Below, in pieces: positions 48,911-58,747 of a stretch of DNA of 64,000 bases (position 1 is its first letter; each line of letters opens with the position of its first letter). The notes beneath the pieces were generated by a model. The model ran no database searches and had not been told where the DNA came from. It saw only the letters and a program-made list of their open reading frames with translations. The position numbers were made by a program, and so were the translations under genes. The stretch is from Longimicrobiales bacterium (GTDB taxonomy: Bacteria > Gemmatimonadota > Gemmatimonadetes > Longimicrobiales > Gaopeijiaceae). Where the stretch lies: contig CBDDCX010000004.1 in the NCBI GenBank assembly GCA_965226375.1, positions 32,001 through 96,000 of the forward strand. The letters run 5' to 3'.

Positions 48911-51175
48911 ATGCAGCCCATAGATGCTTCCTCGGTGCTCCCTCAGGCCGAAGCGGGAATCGCGACCTATCTGCAACGGGCGCTGGATTCCGGCAGAATC
49001 GACCAACAGGCCTATGACAGCGCCCTCCAGAACACCTCCGTAAATCTGCGGAAGTGGCTGGAAGATCCGCGCATCGACGCCATCTCCAGTGGGCTGAAGC
49101 AGGGCATTGGCCAGGCGATCGCCCAAGAGCGTTGGGAGGATCTGGTCAACGCGTTCCGTCAGCAACTCCGCTTCGGTACCGGGGGCATTCGCGGGATGAT
49201 GGGCTTCGACCGGGCTTCCGTGGTCAAGCTGCAGGAAGAAGGCGTCAATACCGACATCCTCAAGGGCCCCAATACGATCAACGACCTCGTATTCCTGCTG
49301 ACCTCGGCCGGGGTGGCGCGCTTCGGTAAGGACCAGACGCCTCCGTTTGAGAAAATCGTGATCGGCTACGACAGCCGCATTCGGGGGCACGACCTGGCCC
49401 GACTCGTCGCGGAGCTGTTCCTGGCCTATGGGTACACCGTCTACTTCTTCGACGAACCGGTGCCCTATCCCGAAGTGACGTTCGCCATTCCCCACGAGTC
49501 GATCAAAGCCGATGTGGGCATCCTCATCTCGGCCAGCCACAACGACTACCGCTACAACGGCTACAAGCTGTCGTGCTCCAACGGCTCGCAGTTCGATCCC
49601 GAGGAGCGCGAGCGGATGTACGAGGAGTACATCGCGACGGCGACGACGGAGCAGATCGATCTCTGTTCCTTCAGCGACGCCCCTGAAGGAAGGCTCTGGT
49701 TTCTGGGCGGCGACGAGCCGGTCGCGGGATCGGACTATGCTGGACGAGAAGCCGGCCTGATCAACATTCACGATGCGCACCGGGAGCACGTATCGAGCTT
49801 CCTGCTCACCCGGGACCTGGCCGCCCAGCAACAGGCCGCCGCCGACCCCCTCCACATCGGGTTCTGCGCGTTTCACGGCGCCGGGCGCAAGGCGGTTCCG
49901 CGCCTGCTCGAGGAGGTCGGCTTTCGAGACATCAAGTCGATTACGGTCAACGGCTTGAATGACCTGAATGGGCTCTTCCCCTCCTTCAACAGTGATCCCG
50001 GAGAAGAGCAGCAGCCGGATCCGGGCGATCCGAGAGCCGCAGAGATCGCCGTCAATGCCTTCAAGCAGGAGTACCCGGGGGTGTTCGAGAGCGAGACGGA
50101 CATTCTGATCGGCACCGACCCGGACGCCGACCGATGCGGCCTGGTCGTGAAGGTTCCCGAGGCTCAGCGCTATGTGTACGGCGACAAGGACTACGTGCTG
50201 TTGCCTGCGGACGATGCGTGGACCCTGCTGCTGTGGTACCGGCTGCACCGGGAGCGCGAGCTCCACGGCGAGGTCCAGGACGCGGACCGGAAGTTCATCG
50301 TTCTGTCGCACACGACATCGGAAGGGCTCGTCCGCTTGGCGCGCAAGCACGGTCTCGGATCGATCGTGACGTGGGTCGGATTCGCCGCGCTGTCGGCCGC
50401 CGTCCGGGACGTCTGGGATGACAAGCACGAGGCCTACGCCTCACTGGTCGAGGGACGAGACGAGACGTGGGAGCACCTGAGCCACCCCTTCGTGTGTCGC
50501 GCCGAGAACATGGGGCCGGAGCGTTCGTTCAACGTCGCGGCGATGGAGCAGAGCAACGGGTTTTCGCTGCTCGGCGGAAAGCCGCTCGACAAACGGTCGC
50601 TCGGCGTGGGCGGCCACGTGCGTGACAAAGACGGCACGCTTGCCGCTCTGCTGGGCGCCGAGGTCGCGGCTTGGGCCAAGGCTAACGATTCCAGCATCAT
50701 CGAACTGCTCGATCGACACGTCTACCTCGATCCGGACATCGGGCTGTTCAAGACCTTCTATGAGCCCGACCCGCTGGACGGCGAGTATCCCGGCATCGAG
50801 GGCGACCGGCTCAAGATCGCCATCCTGCGTCGCACGTGGGCCTGTTATCAGCTTGCCCAGGCTGGCGACCTGGAGATCGGCGGGCTTCCCGTGAAGTCGG
50901 CCACGGTCTACCGCACCGGCAAATACGATGCCATCTACCCGGCCACCTACGACTTCCAGTTCCCGGACGAAGGCGTGCGGTTCTACTTCGACGAGGAGAA
51001 GCTGAACCACCTCACGGTTCGGCCCTCGGGCACCGGTAACTCACTGCGCTTTCACGTGCAGCTGCACACCATGCCTTCCGAAGCGAACCTGATTTCCGAG
51101 AAGGGGAGGCTGAGAGATCAGGGTGAGGCCATCCTGACGCACTTGCGTGAACTGCTCAAAGCGCCGAGAGGGTGA
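48911..51175 (+). CDS. Alpha-D-phosphohexomutase (PGM/PMM, PGM2-like) family protein
   Basis: FGTGGIRG, IGYDSR, ISASHN, GTDPDADR, VRDKDG, RPSGT. Confidence 0.88.
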   Translation: MQPIDASSVLPQAEAGIATYLQRALDSGRIDQQAYDSALQNTSVNLRKWLEDPRIDAISSGLKQGIGQAIAQERWEDLVNAFRQQLRFGTGGIRGMMGFDRASVVKLQEEGVNTDILKGPNTINDLVFLLTSAGVARFGKDQTPPFEKIVIGYDSRIRGHDLARLVAELFLAYGYTVYFFDEPVPYPEVTFAIPHESIKADVGILISASHNDYRYNGYKLSCSNGSQFDPEERERMYEEYIATATTEQIDLCSFSDAPEGRLWFLGGDEPVAGSDYAGREAGLINIHDAHREHVSSFLLTRDLAAQQQAAADPLHIGFCAFHGAGRKAVPRLLEEVGFRDIKSITVNGLNDLNGLFPSFNSDPGEEQQPDPGDPRAAEIAVNAFKQEYPGVFESETDILIGTDPDADRCGLVVKVPEAQRYVYGDKDYVLLPADDAWTLLLWYRLHRERELHGEVQDADRKFIVLSHTTSEGLVRLARKHGLGSIVTWVGFAALSAAVRDVWDDKHEAYASLVEGRDETWEHLSHPFVCRAENMGPERSFNVAAMEQSNGFSLLGGKPLDKRSLGVGGHVRDKDGTLAALLGAEVAAWAKANDSSIIELLDRHVYLDPDIGLFKTFYEPDPLDGEYPGIEGDRLKIAILRRTWACYQLAQAGDLEIGGLPVKSATVYRTGKYDAIYPATYDFQFPDEGVRFYFDEEKLNHLTVRPSGTGNSLRFHVQLHTMPSEANLISEKGRLRDQGEAILTHLRELLKAPRG

Positions 51176-51191
51176 TCTTCTGAGCCCAGGC

Positions 51192-53630
51192 TCAGTCGCT
51201 CCTCAGGGCCTCCACCGGATCGACTCGGCTGGTCCGCCGAGCGGGTAGATACGCCGCTACCACGGCCACCGCGCCCAGGATGAGCGGAGCGCCCAACAGG
51301 GCGACCGGATCCATGGGGCCCACGCCTATCAGGAATCCGCGGAGCAGCCCACCCACCCCCAGCGCGGCCACGATCCCCAACCCGCCTCCCACCAGCACGA
51401 GCATGAGGCCGCCCTGGACCACGAGCCTGACCAGGCTGTCTCTGGGCGCACCGAGCGCGAGCCGAATGCCCATTTCACGGGTGCGGCGGGCGGCGCCATA
51501 GCTGACCAGGCCGTACAGGCCGACACACGTGAGCACGACAGCGATGCCTCCGAGGCCGGCGAGCAGCAGAGCGGCCAGCCGAGGCAGGTAGAAGTTCAGC
51601 GACACGTGCTCGTTCAGCGTTGAAACGGCCTCCAGATAGATATCCGGGTCGAGGGTGCGAGCCAGGGCGCCGAGCGTTGCGGCCAGCTCGCCATCCGAGG
51701 CGGGGCCTCGGGCGACGAACGAGAACGTCGGCCTTGGCGACTGAGCGAACGGTACATAGAGGTAGGGACGGGGCGGCTCGATCAGGTTCCAGATTTTTAC
51801 GTTAGCTGCGATCCCGACCACGGTGAATTCCACGTCGGGCTGACCGGCTGGGTGGATGATGCGTCCGACCGCGTCTTCGCCCGGCCAGAACCGACGTTGG
51901 GCGGCCTCGCTCAGGATGACCACCTGGGGCGCACCGTCCACGTCTTCGGGACCAAATGGGCACCCGGAGATCACGTCGATTTCCATCGCCGAGAAGTAGT
52001 CCGAGCTCACGCTCGCGACCTGCAGTACATGGTAGTCGGCGTCGGGCGGGGGATCGACACCCGGAACGTCCAGCCCTCGATTGACGGTGCCCAGACCGAG
52101 GGGAAGCCGGGTCGTAAGGGCAATCTGCGAAATCCCCGGCTGTGTGGCTCCGTCGGCGAGCATACGCTCGGCGAATGCCCTCTGCTGTTCGGCATCGTAC
52201 TGGTTCGCCCATGTCCCGACGGTCACCACTCCCGCGGGGTCGGTCGAGAAACCTACGTCCACTTGCGAGGCCTCCTGCAGACTCCGCAGAAAGAGCCCGG
52301 TCGCCACCACAAGAACGGTGGATAGGGTCATCTGAGCCGCCACGAGCACGGCTCTGGTGTTGGCCTTGCCCCGACTACCGGACTGGCCGCCTTCGTCGCG
52401 CAGCGTTGCGGCTACAGGGGTTCTGGTTGCCTGAAGACCCGGAGTGAGCCCGAAGAACAGCGCGGCCAGCACAGTCGTGCCGACCGTGAAGGCCAGGATC
52501 CGTGGGTTCAGGCCGACCTCGAAGTTGAGCGGCACCGGAAGGGGGGGCTCGATGGCGAGAACCACCCGCAGGGCGAGCTGACCCAACAACGTGCCGAACA
52601 CCGCACCCATCGCGGCCAACAGAAGTGACTCGATCAGGAGCTGACGGATGATGGCCACACGTCCGGCCCCCATGGAGATCCGCACGGCGATTTCCTTGCG
52701 TCGATCGGTGGCGCGGGCGAGGAGGAAGCCGGCCAGGTTCACACAGGCGACCAAGAGCACCAGCGCGACCACGGCGAAGAGAATGGCCAACATGGTGGTC
52801 ACCACGTCGTCCATGGATGGGTGTATCCAAATCTCCGAGAGGGGCGTGGCTCCGAGCCGAAAGGCGAAACTGGAGTCTCTCCCGGCATCGATGCGGGCCG
52901 CGAGCGCTTCGACGGCCGCCACCCCTCGCTGGGCTGGAATTCCCTGATGCATGCGGGCCGACATCGAGAAGTTGCCGCTCCCCATCTGTCCGGGTGCGAT
53001 ACTCTCGTGCATACGGAGCGGGACCCAGACGTCCGTCGGCACGCCATGGATCACCCGTCCTTTGAAGTTCGGAGGCGCGACGCCCACCACCGTAAACGGC
53101 CTTCCGTTCAAGCGGATCTCGGATCCGACCAGCCCCGGGTCGGCATCGTACCTGGTATTCCAGAAGAAGTCCGAGACCACCACCACGGGGTGTGTCCCGT
53201 CCGTGACGTCCTCCTCTGGAAGGAACGTGCGCCCGCGCGCCGCGCTCACCTGCATGACCTCGAAGTAGTTGCCGGTGACCATCTCGATGAGGATCGGTCG
53301 TGGCTGCCCGTCCTGCTCGACGCGGGCGGACGTGAACGCGTAGCCAGTTACGCCCGAGAAGACATCGGCGGTTCCGTCACGAACGGTCTCGTAGGTGCGG
53401 TAATTGGTGAAGTTGAACGAGCCCGACCTCGAGACGGAGTAGACGTCAACCAAGGTCTCGGGGTCGCCGACACCCCAGTCGCTGAACAGCACGCGGTCGA
53501 CCAGCGAGAACACGGCCGTGTTCGGGCCGATGGCCAAGGCGAGTGACAGGACAGCCACCAGCGTGAATACGGGCGACTTGGCGAGCATACGTACGGCGAA
53601 CTTCACGTCCCGGATCAATCCCGTCATCAT
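51192..53630 (-). CDS. ADOP-type duplicated MacB/FtsX-like orphan ABC permease
   Basis: DVKFAVRML..SPVFT, LACVNLA...RRKEIAVR, GLYGLVSY..RRTREMGIRLALGA, PARRTSRVDP; no adjacent ATPase. Confidence 0.9.
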   Translation of the reverse strand: MMTGLIRDVKFAVRMLAKSPVFTLVAVLSLALAIGPNTAVFSLVDRVLFSDWGVGDPETLVDVYSVSRSGSFNFTNYRTYETVRDGTADVFSGVTGYAFTSARVEQDGQPRPILIEMVTGNYFEVMQVSAARGRTFLPEEDVTDGTHPVVVVSDFFWNTRYDADPGLVGSEIRLNGRPFTVVGVAPPNFKGRVIHGVPTDVWVPLRMHESIAPGQMGSGNFSMSARMHQGIPAQRGVAAVEALAARIDAGRDSSFAFRLGATPLSEIWIHPSMDDVVTTMLAILFAVVALVLLVACVNLAGFLLARATDRRKEIAVRISMGAGRVAIIRQLLIESLLLAAMGAVFGTLLGQLALRVVLAIEPPLPVPLNFEVGLNPRILAFTVGTTVLAALFFGLTPGLQATRTPVAATLRDEGGQSGSRGKANTRAVLVAAQMTLSTVLVVATGLFLRSLQEASQVDVGFSTDPAGVVTVGTWANQYDAEQQRAFAERMLADGATQPGISQIALTTRLPLGLGTVNRGLDVPGVDPPPDADYHVLQVASVSSDYFSAMEIDVISGCPFGPEDVDGAPQVVILSEAAQRRFWPGEDAVGRIIHPAGQPDVEFTVVGIAANVKIWNLIEPPRPYLYVPFAQSPRPTFSFVARGPASDGELAATLGALARTLDPDIYLEAVSTLNEHVSLNFYLPRLAALLLAGLGGIAVVLTCVGLYGLVSYGAARRTREMGIRLALGAPRDSLVRLVVQGGLMLVLVGGGLGIVAALGVGGLLRGFLIGVGPMDPVALLGAPLILGAVAVVAAYLPARRTSRVDPVEALRSD

Positions 53631-53715
53631 CCCTCCGGAGAGCCGACCGACCTACGTTCCTGACATCGTACAGGATTTCACGGCGGATGGCGGGAGGCAA
53701 GCACACCCGCCCCTT

Positions 53716-54891
53716 CTACTTCCGCTCCTGGTACTTGGGGTGGTGTTTCAGGCTCTTGATGATGGACTTCCACTCGGCCACCGCCTCCGCCTGAGCCCGC
53801 GGGTCGGCCTTCCGCCTCTGATACGCTGCCTCGGCCTGGAGCTTCCGGTAGCTGTCCAGACGTTCCTGGCCGAGTGCGCCAGACTCGATCGCCTCGAGCA
53901 CGGCACATCCCGGCTCCGACTCGTGGGCGCAGTCACCGAACCGGCACTGGGCGGCCAGCTCGTCGATTTCCGGGAACGCCTGGCCGAGTCCTTCGTCCAG
54001 ACCCCACACATGGAGCTCGCGCATTCCCGGCGTGTCGAGAAGAAGTGCGCCGCCCCGGATGCGCAGCAGCTGCCGGCGGGTCGTGGTGTGGCGGCCCTTC
54101 TTGTCTCCGGTTCGCACGTCGCCGGTCTCCAGGAGATTCTCTCCCGCCAGGCGATTGATCAGAGATGACTTGCCCACCCCCGAAGGGCCGAGCAGTGCCA
54201 CGGTCTTGCCCGGGGCTATCTGGTCGGCGAGCTGGACGACGCCGTCAGCCGAGTCGACGCCTTCGGTCTCACTGACCCGCTCGGCCTCACGGACCCCTTC
54301 GCTGGGCACGGCCCCACACTCTACGCTCACCACGTGTACGGGAACCCCGAACGCCAGTTCTTCCACGATTCGGGTCGACTCGGCGAGATCCACCGCTATG
54401 TCTGCCTTGGTCAGGACGATCTCCGGCTGTGCGCCGCTCTCCCACGCCACGGCCAGATAGCGCTCGATACGCCTCGGGTTGGGCATCAGGTCCAGGCCGT
54501 GGACGATCCAGACGGTGTCGACGTTTGCGGCCACGACCTGCTCCTCGACCCGTTCGCCTGGGGCCTGCCGGGAGAACTTGGACCGGCGTGGTAGAATCCC
54601 CTCGATGGACCAGGGATCGTTGGGCGACGGCCCTGGCAGGAGCGCCACCCAATCGCCCACGGCCGCAAAGCCACCGACGCCACGCGTCGAGACGACCCGG
54701 GCCTCTCCAGGACCGGTCTCGGTCTGGACGCTCCAACGGGTCCTCCCCTGGGTGGTCACACGGCCCGGCCGGAGCGGTGTGCCGTCGTTGGCGGGCACGG
54801 CCCCTCCATCGCGCGTGGGCAGTCCGGGTAACAGGATCTCAGCCCAGGCCTCGGCCCACTTCTCGTCCCAGCCCCACGTCTCCAGGTCCAT
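53716..54891 (-). CDS. rsgA: Ribosome small subunit-dependent GTPase A
   Basis: AVGDWV, AANVD, LTKAD, GPSGVGKSS, GRHTTT, DTPGMR, zinc site CRFGDCAHESEPGC. Confidence 0.92.
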   Translation of the reverse strand: MDLETWGWDEKWAEAWAEILLPGLPTRDGGAVPANDGTPLRPGRVTTQGRTRWSVQTETGPGEARVVSTRGVGGFAAVGDWVALLPGPSPNDPWSIEGILPRRSKFSRQAPGERVEEQVVAANVDTVWIVHGLDLMPNPRRIERYLAVAWESGAQPEIVLTKADIAVDLAESTRIVEELAFGVPVHVVSVECGAVPSEGVREAERVSETEGVDSADGVVQLADQIAPGKTVALLGPSGVGKSSLINRLAGENLLETGDVRTGDKKGRHTTTRRQLLRIRGGALLLDTPGMRELHVWGLDEGLGQAFPEIDELAAQCRFGDCAHESEPGCAVLEAIESGALGQERLDSYRKLQAEAAYQRRKADPRAQAEAVAEWKSIIKSLKHHPKYQERK

Positions 54892-55112
54892 CGAGCTCCG
54901 CTCGTAGGGGTTCCGCGGTGCGGACTCGCAGGGTCCGACCTGCCGCACGTTGGTCAAGCCGTTCGGAAGCCGCAAGGCGAGCGCCGGGAGGGTTTCGGTT
55001 ATCTTACGTACTCAGGTGCTGGAACGGGCTCAGAATGGACCTTTGCCCGCGAGGGAGCGTCTGGGTAACGTGATCCTCGACCAAAACCAACCATGAATCC
55101 GCAGGGATACAT

Positions 55113-55724
55113 ATGAGTGACCATACGAAGTCTCCCGTCGTGTTTACGGACCTCGCAAAGGACACCGTCCTCCGCTTCATGGAGGTGCAGGGCGAAGACG
55201 ACCTGGCGGTGCGCATCCAGATCGCGAGCCCCAGCCCCCTCGATCCTCGTTACGAAATCTCGATCATCGAACCCGACGACAGGAACGATGATGACGTTGT
55301 GTTCGGCGGCTACGACTTCGATGTGGTGATAGCGTCCGAGAGCGCCAAGCTCATGGACGGTGCCAGCATCGACTGGGTCGAGGGCCTGAACGAGAGCGGG
55401 TTCAAGGTTCAGAACCCCAACCTGGCTCCCATCGGATCGAAGCCGTTGGAGGGCCCCATGGCGGATCGGGTTCGGCAGGCTATCGACCAGTTTGTGAACC
55501 CCGGTGTGGCTCAACACGGCGGACACGTGACGCTGGTGGAGGTCAGGGACAACATCGTCTACATCCAGATGGGTGGGGGATGCCAGGGCTGCGGAATGGC
55601 TTCGGTGACGCTGAGCCAGGGAATCGAGCGCATCCTTCGGGACCAGGTGCCCGAGATCGAGGGCATTGAGGATGTCACCAACCACAGTGTCGGCGAGAAC
55701 CCCTACTTCCAGGCGTCCAAATAG
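55113..55724 (+). CDS. nfuA: Fe-S cluster carrier NfuA (degenerate A-type domain plus NifU-C domain)
   Basis: GASIDWV..GFKVQNPN, INP-like VNPGVAQHGG, GGGCQGC, DVTNHSVGENPY. Confidence 0.88.
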   Translation: MSDHTKSPVVFTDLAKDTVLRFMEVQGEDDLAVRIQIASPSPLDPRYEISIIEPDDRNDDDVVFGGYDFDVVIASESAKLMDGASIDWVEGLNESGFKVQNPNLAPIGSKPLEGPMADRVRQAIDQFVNPGVAQHGGHVTLVEVRDNIVYIQMGGGCQGCGMASVTLSQGIERILRDQVPEIEGIEDVTNHSVGENPYFQASK

Positions 55725-55748
55725 GCCCTACCACCGACCGGTGACTCC

Positions 55749-56981
55749 GTGTCGCGTATCCTGCTCCTCATCTCCCGATCCTCCTATCGGGCAGAGGCGT
55801 TCATCTCGGCGGCCCGTCGCCTGGACGTGGATGTCACGGTCGGTTCCAATCACGCGGCGACACTCGCGGCCCTAGCGCCCGGGGCGACCCTCACGCTTGG
55901 CGCTGCAGACGTCAATCGATCGGTAGCCACCATCGGGCGCTTTGCGGATGATTATCCGTTGGCGGCCGTCGTGACCGCCGAGGACGATTTTGCGCCGGTG
56001 GCGGCGGAGGCCTCCGAGGCGCTGGGCCTGAGGTACCATCCACCGGAGGCGGTCCGGTCCGCTCGCAACAAGGCGGTCACCCGCCGACGTCTCTCGGAGG
56101 GTGGAGTCCCGTCGCCCTGGTTCCGCGTCGCGTCGGTCGAGGACGACCCGGCGGCGGAGGCGGCGGAGGCCCGATACCCCTGCGTGGTCAAGCCGCTAGC
56201 CTTGTCCGCGAGCCGGGGGGTGATCCGGGCCGACACGCCCGAGGAGTTCGTCGGCGCTTGGGCCCGGATCCTGCAAATCCTGAAACGCGAGGACGCGAGC
56301 CGTCGGAGTGGCTGGGCACGAGCCGAGATCCTGATCGAAGAGTATCTGCCGGGCCGAGAGGTGGCCGTCGAGGGCATCGTCGTCGAGGGCGAGCTGTGGA
56401 CTCTGGCCATCCTGGACAAGCCGGAGGCCATGGAGGGCCCGTTCTTCGAGGAGACTATGCTCGTCACGCCGTCCCGTCTGCCCGAGGAGACTCGAGCAGA
56501 GATCGTGGCTTCCGTGCAGCGCGCCGTTACCCTCGTCGGCCTCGACGATGGCCCTATCCATGCCGAGCTCCGTGTGGACGGCGGGAGGGCTACGCTCCTC
56601 GAGATTGCGCCGCGCTCCATCGGGGGGCGGTGCTCCACGATTCTGAGGTTCGAACCAGAGGCGACCCTCGAGGAACTCATCCTCCGTCACGCATTGCGGA
56701 TGCCGATCGATGGGTACGTCCGGGCGTCGGGCGCCGCGGGTGTCATGATGCTTCCGATCCCGCGCGCCGGCGTTCTCCGTGAAGTGGGCGGGAGCGAGGC
56801 GGCTCTTCAGGTTCCGGGCGTCGAGGGACTCGAGATCACCATCCCTGTCGGCCAGACGGTGGTGCCCCTGCCCGAGGGCAACCGTTATCTGGGGTTTCTT
56901 TTCGCGGGTGGAGAGACGCCCGAACTGGTGGAAGCCTCGCTCAGGGACGCGCATGCGAAGCTCGAGGTGACTATCGAGTAG
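55749..56981 (+). CDS. ATP-grasp domain protein
   Basis: RNKA, PCVVKP..SASRGVIRA, IEEYLPGRE, HAELR, LEIAPRSIGG. Confidence 0.85.
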   Translation: MSRILLLISRSSYRAEAFISAARRLDVDVTVGSNHAATLAALAPGATLTLGAADVNRSVATIGRFADDYPLAAVVTAEDDFAPVAAEASEALGLRYHPPEAVRSARNKAVTRRRLSEGGVPSPWFRVASVEDDPAAEAAEARYPCVVKPLALSASRGVIRADTPEEFVGAWARILQILKREDASRRSGWARAEILIEEYLPGREVAVEGIVVEGELWTLAILDKPEAMEGPFFEETMLVTPSRLPEETRAEIVASVQRAVTLVGLDDGPIHAELRVDGGRATLLEIAPRSIGGRCSTILRFEPEATLEELILRHALRMPIDGYVRASGAAGVMMLPIPRAGVLREVGGSEAALQVPGVEGLEITIPVGQTVVPLPEGNRYLGFLFAGGETPELVEASLRDAHAKLEVTIE

Positions 56982-57708
56982 CGGACCCCTCTTCCCCGCC
57001 ACCCTTGGACGCAATGAGTCCCCGCTTGCTCGCATCGTAGGCGTGACGGGACAACTCCGCGGCAAGCCGCTCGACGCGCTCAGCGCTGCGTGCGGAAACG
57101 TGGCTCCACACAAAGCGGCCGATCCCGCCGCCCACGAACAGGCCTGCCGCCATCCCGAGCGAGGCACCCACCGCCGTCAGGTCTGCCATGCTGACCATGC
57201 CGCCCGCGATCATAGCGCCCCAAGCTGCGGGCATGAGGTGCATCACCCGGCGAAGGCGGGGCCGGATCTTGTCGACCACCTGGATGACGGTCTCGTCGTT
57301 CTGGGGTGTCAGAGACACCTGCATGCTGTGAAACCGATCTCCGCTCGTCCAGCGCACCGAACCGAGCGCCTCCGAGATCGCTCCGGTGGAATCAGTCTCC
57401 TCATCGACCAGTCGGATCAGCTGCCCGAGCGCCTCTTTGTTGAGCTCTCCTCGGACCGCGTGTACCGCCTTGTGCGCGGCCGGGGCGCCAGTCACCACCG
57501 AAGTGCCTTCACGTTTCCGGTCCAGCCGTTCGACGGCTTCGACTATGGCCTCCGGGGAAATCCCGACTTCGCCAGCGATCTCCTGGAGGTCTTCCACGGA
57601 CAGTCCGCCACCCCCGTCCGAGCCGTGCTTCTCGTCGATCTCAGAGGCCGCGCGGATTACCATCGCGACCTCTTTGTCCGTGAATCGGCGGCTCTGATCC
57701 GAGCTCAC
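56971..57708 (-). CDS. Hypothetical membrane protein
   Basis: RRFTDKEVAMVIRAA...LSVEDLQEIAGEVGI N-terminus; two TM helices near the C-terminus. Confidence 0.7.
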   Translation of the reverse strand: MSSDQSRRFTDKEVAMVIRAASEIDEKHGSDGGGGLSVEDLQEIAGEVGISPEAIVEAVERLDRKREGTSVVTGAPAAHKAVHAVRGELNKEALGQLIRLVDEETDSTGAISEALGSVRWTSGDRFHSMQVSLTPQNDETVIQVVDKIRPRLRRVMHLMPAAWGAMIAGGMVSMADLTAVGASLGMAAGLFVGGGIGRFVWSHVSARSAERVERLAAELSRHAYDASKRGLIASKGGGEEGSATR

Positions 57709-57967
57709 TGTACCCCCCGTGATAGTGCCCTGTCAGTCGCGATCGATCAAGGGATCGTATGACGTATCGATGATCGATGACGTTGTCGTACCCCAGTGCC
57801 TGGACGGCTGGTATCAAGTGAGGAGGGCGAACCTAAGTGGAGGTCAGGGGCGGTACAAGCTCGGGGCGCGGGAATGAACTCGAAGGGACGCGATCAAGAG
57901 GCTGAGGCGTCCGTGTCCTCGAATAGAGCTCCATGGCGGTGTGGATCGAGCGGGCACATCTTTGCCC

Positions 57968-58747
57968 ATGAACAACCGACTAAACCTTCGGCTTGGGAGC
58001 GCGTTCTGTTGTGCGTTCGGCGTATCACTCGTGGGGTGCGCCACCAGCGCGCCGCCGGTAGCACCCGAGCCGCCCGAGAGGGTGGTCGTGATCGACACGG
58101 TGCACGTGGTCGACACGGTGGAGGTGAGCGCTGACCCGGATCCTGCGCTCGACCAGCGCTTCGCCGGCCTCCAGCTGCAAGTCTTCGAACGCGACGCGCA
58201 GGTCCGAGATCTCCAACGTCAACTCGACGCGGCCCGACAAGAAGTGGTACGAGGAATGGCGCGACTCCAGACGGTGGCCAGTCGAGCGGAAGTGGCGTCG
58301 GTGTTGGCGGAAGCAGAGATCGCGCTGAGGGCCGTGACCGGGGCTGGGGGCGACGAGGAACCGCCCGAGGCCACCCAGGCGTTGCGCCTCATGGTACTAA
58401 GCCTGGCCGAGTTAGAGGATGAGAATTATGGCGGTGCGCTCTACCTGGCGAGCCAGGCTCGCCGGTTGGCTCGCGCCGGCGAGGTCCGGCTGACCGGTGG
58501 CGGGCAGGTCGAGCGGTTCCCCGGGGAGGTGCTGTTCGCCCTGTCGCTGCCGCTCGAGACTGCGCAGCGGAGCAACGTGCGTGAGGGGCCGGGTCTCGGT
58601 TTTCGTGTGCTCTGCACGCTCGATCCGTCGATTCCCGTGGTGGGGCACTCCCACACGGAGCTGTGGGTGCGGATCACCGACGACGAGGGACGCGACGGCT
58701 GGATCTTCCACAGCCTTGTGACGAGCCCGAGCGAGGGTGGCGGGTAG
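57968..58747 (+). CDS. Coiled-coil lipoprotein with a C-terminal bacterial SH3 domain
   Basis: Lipobox LVGC; NVREGPG...WVRITDDEGRDGWIFHSLV SH3b pattern. Confidence 0.78.
   Translation: MNNRLNLRLGSAFCCAFGVSLVGCATSAPPVAPEPPERVVVIDTVHVVDTVEVSADPDPALDQRFAGLQLQVFERDAQVRDLQRQLDAARQEVVRGMARLQTVASRAEVASVLAEAEIALRAVTGAGGDEEPPEATQALRLMVLSLAELEDENYGGALYLASQARRLARAGEVRLTGGGQVERFPGEVLFALSLPLETAQRSNVREGPGLGFRVLCTLDPSIPVVGHSHTELWVRITDDEGRDGWIFHSLVTSPSEGGG

Noticed and set aside
55113..56981. NfuA plus ATP-grasp (with TldDE and the diiron enzyme) as a RiPP or peptide biosynthetic cluster
   Set aside because: The genes are scattered over 40 kb, and no precursor peptide or dedicated exporter is identifiable
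57755..57792. Imperfect palindrome of ATCGAT/GACGT units in a divergent promoter region
   Set aside because: Built from short self-complementary words common in this genome; too weak to call an operator
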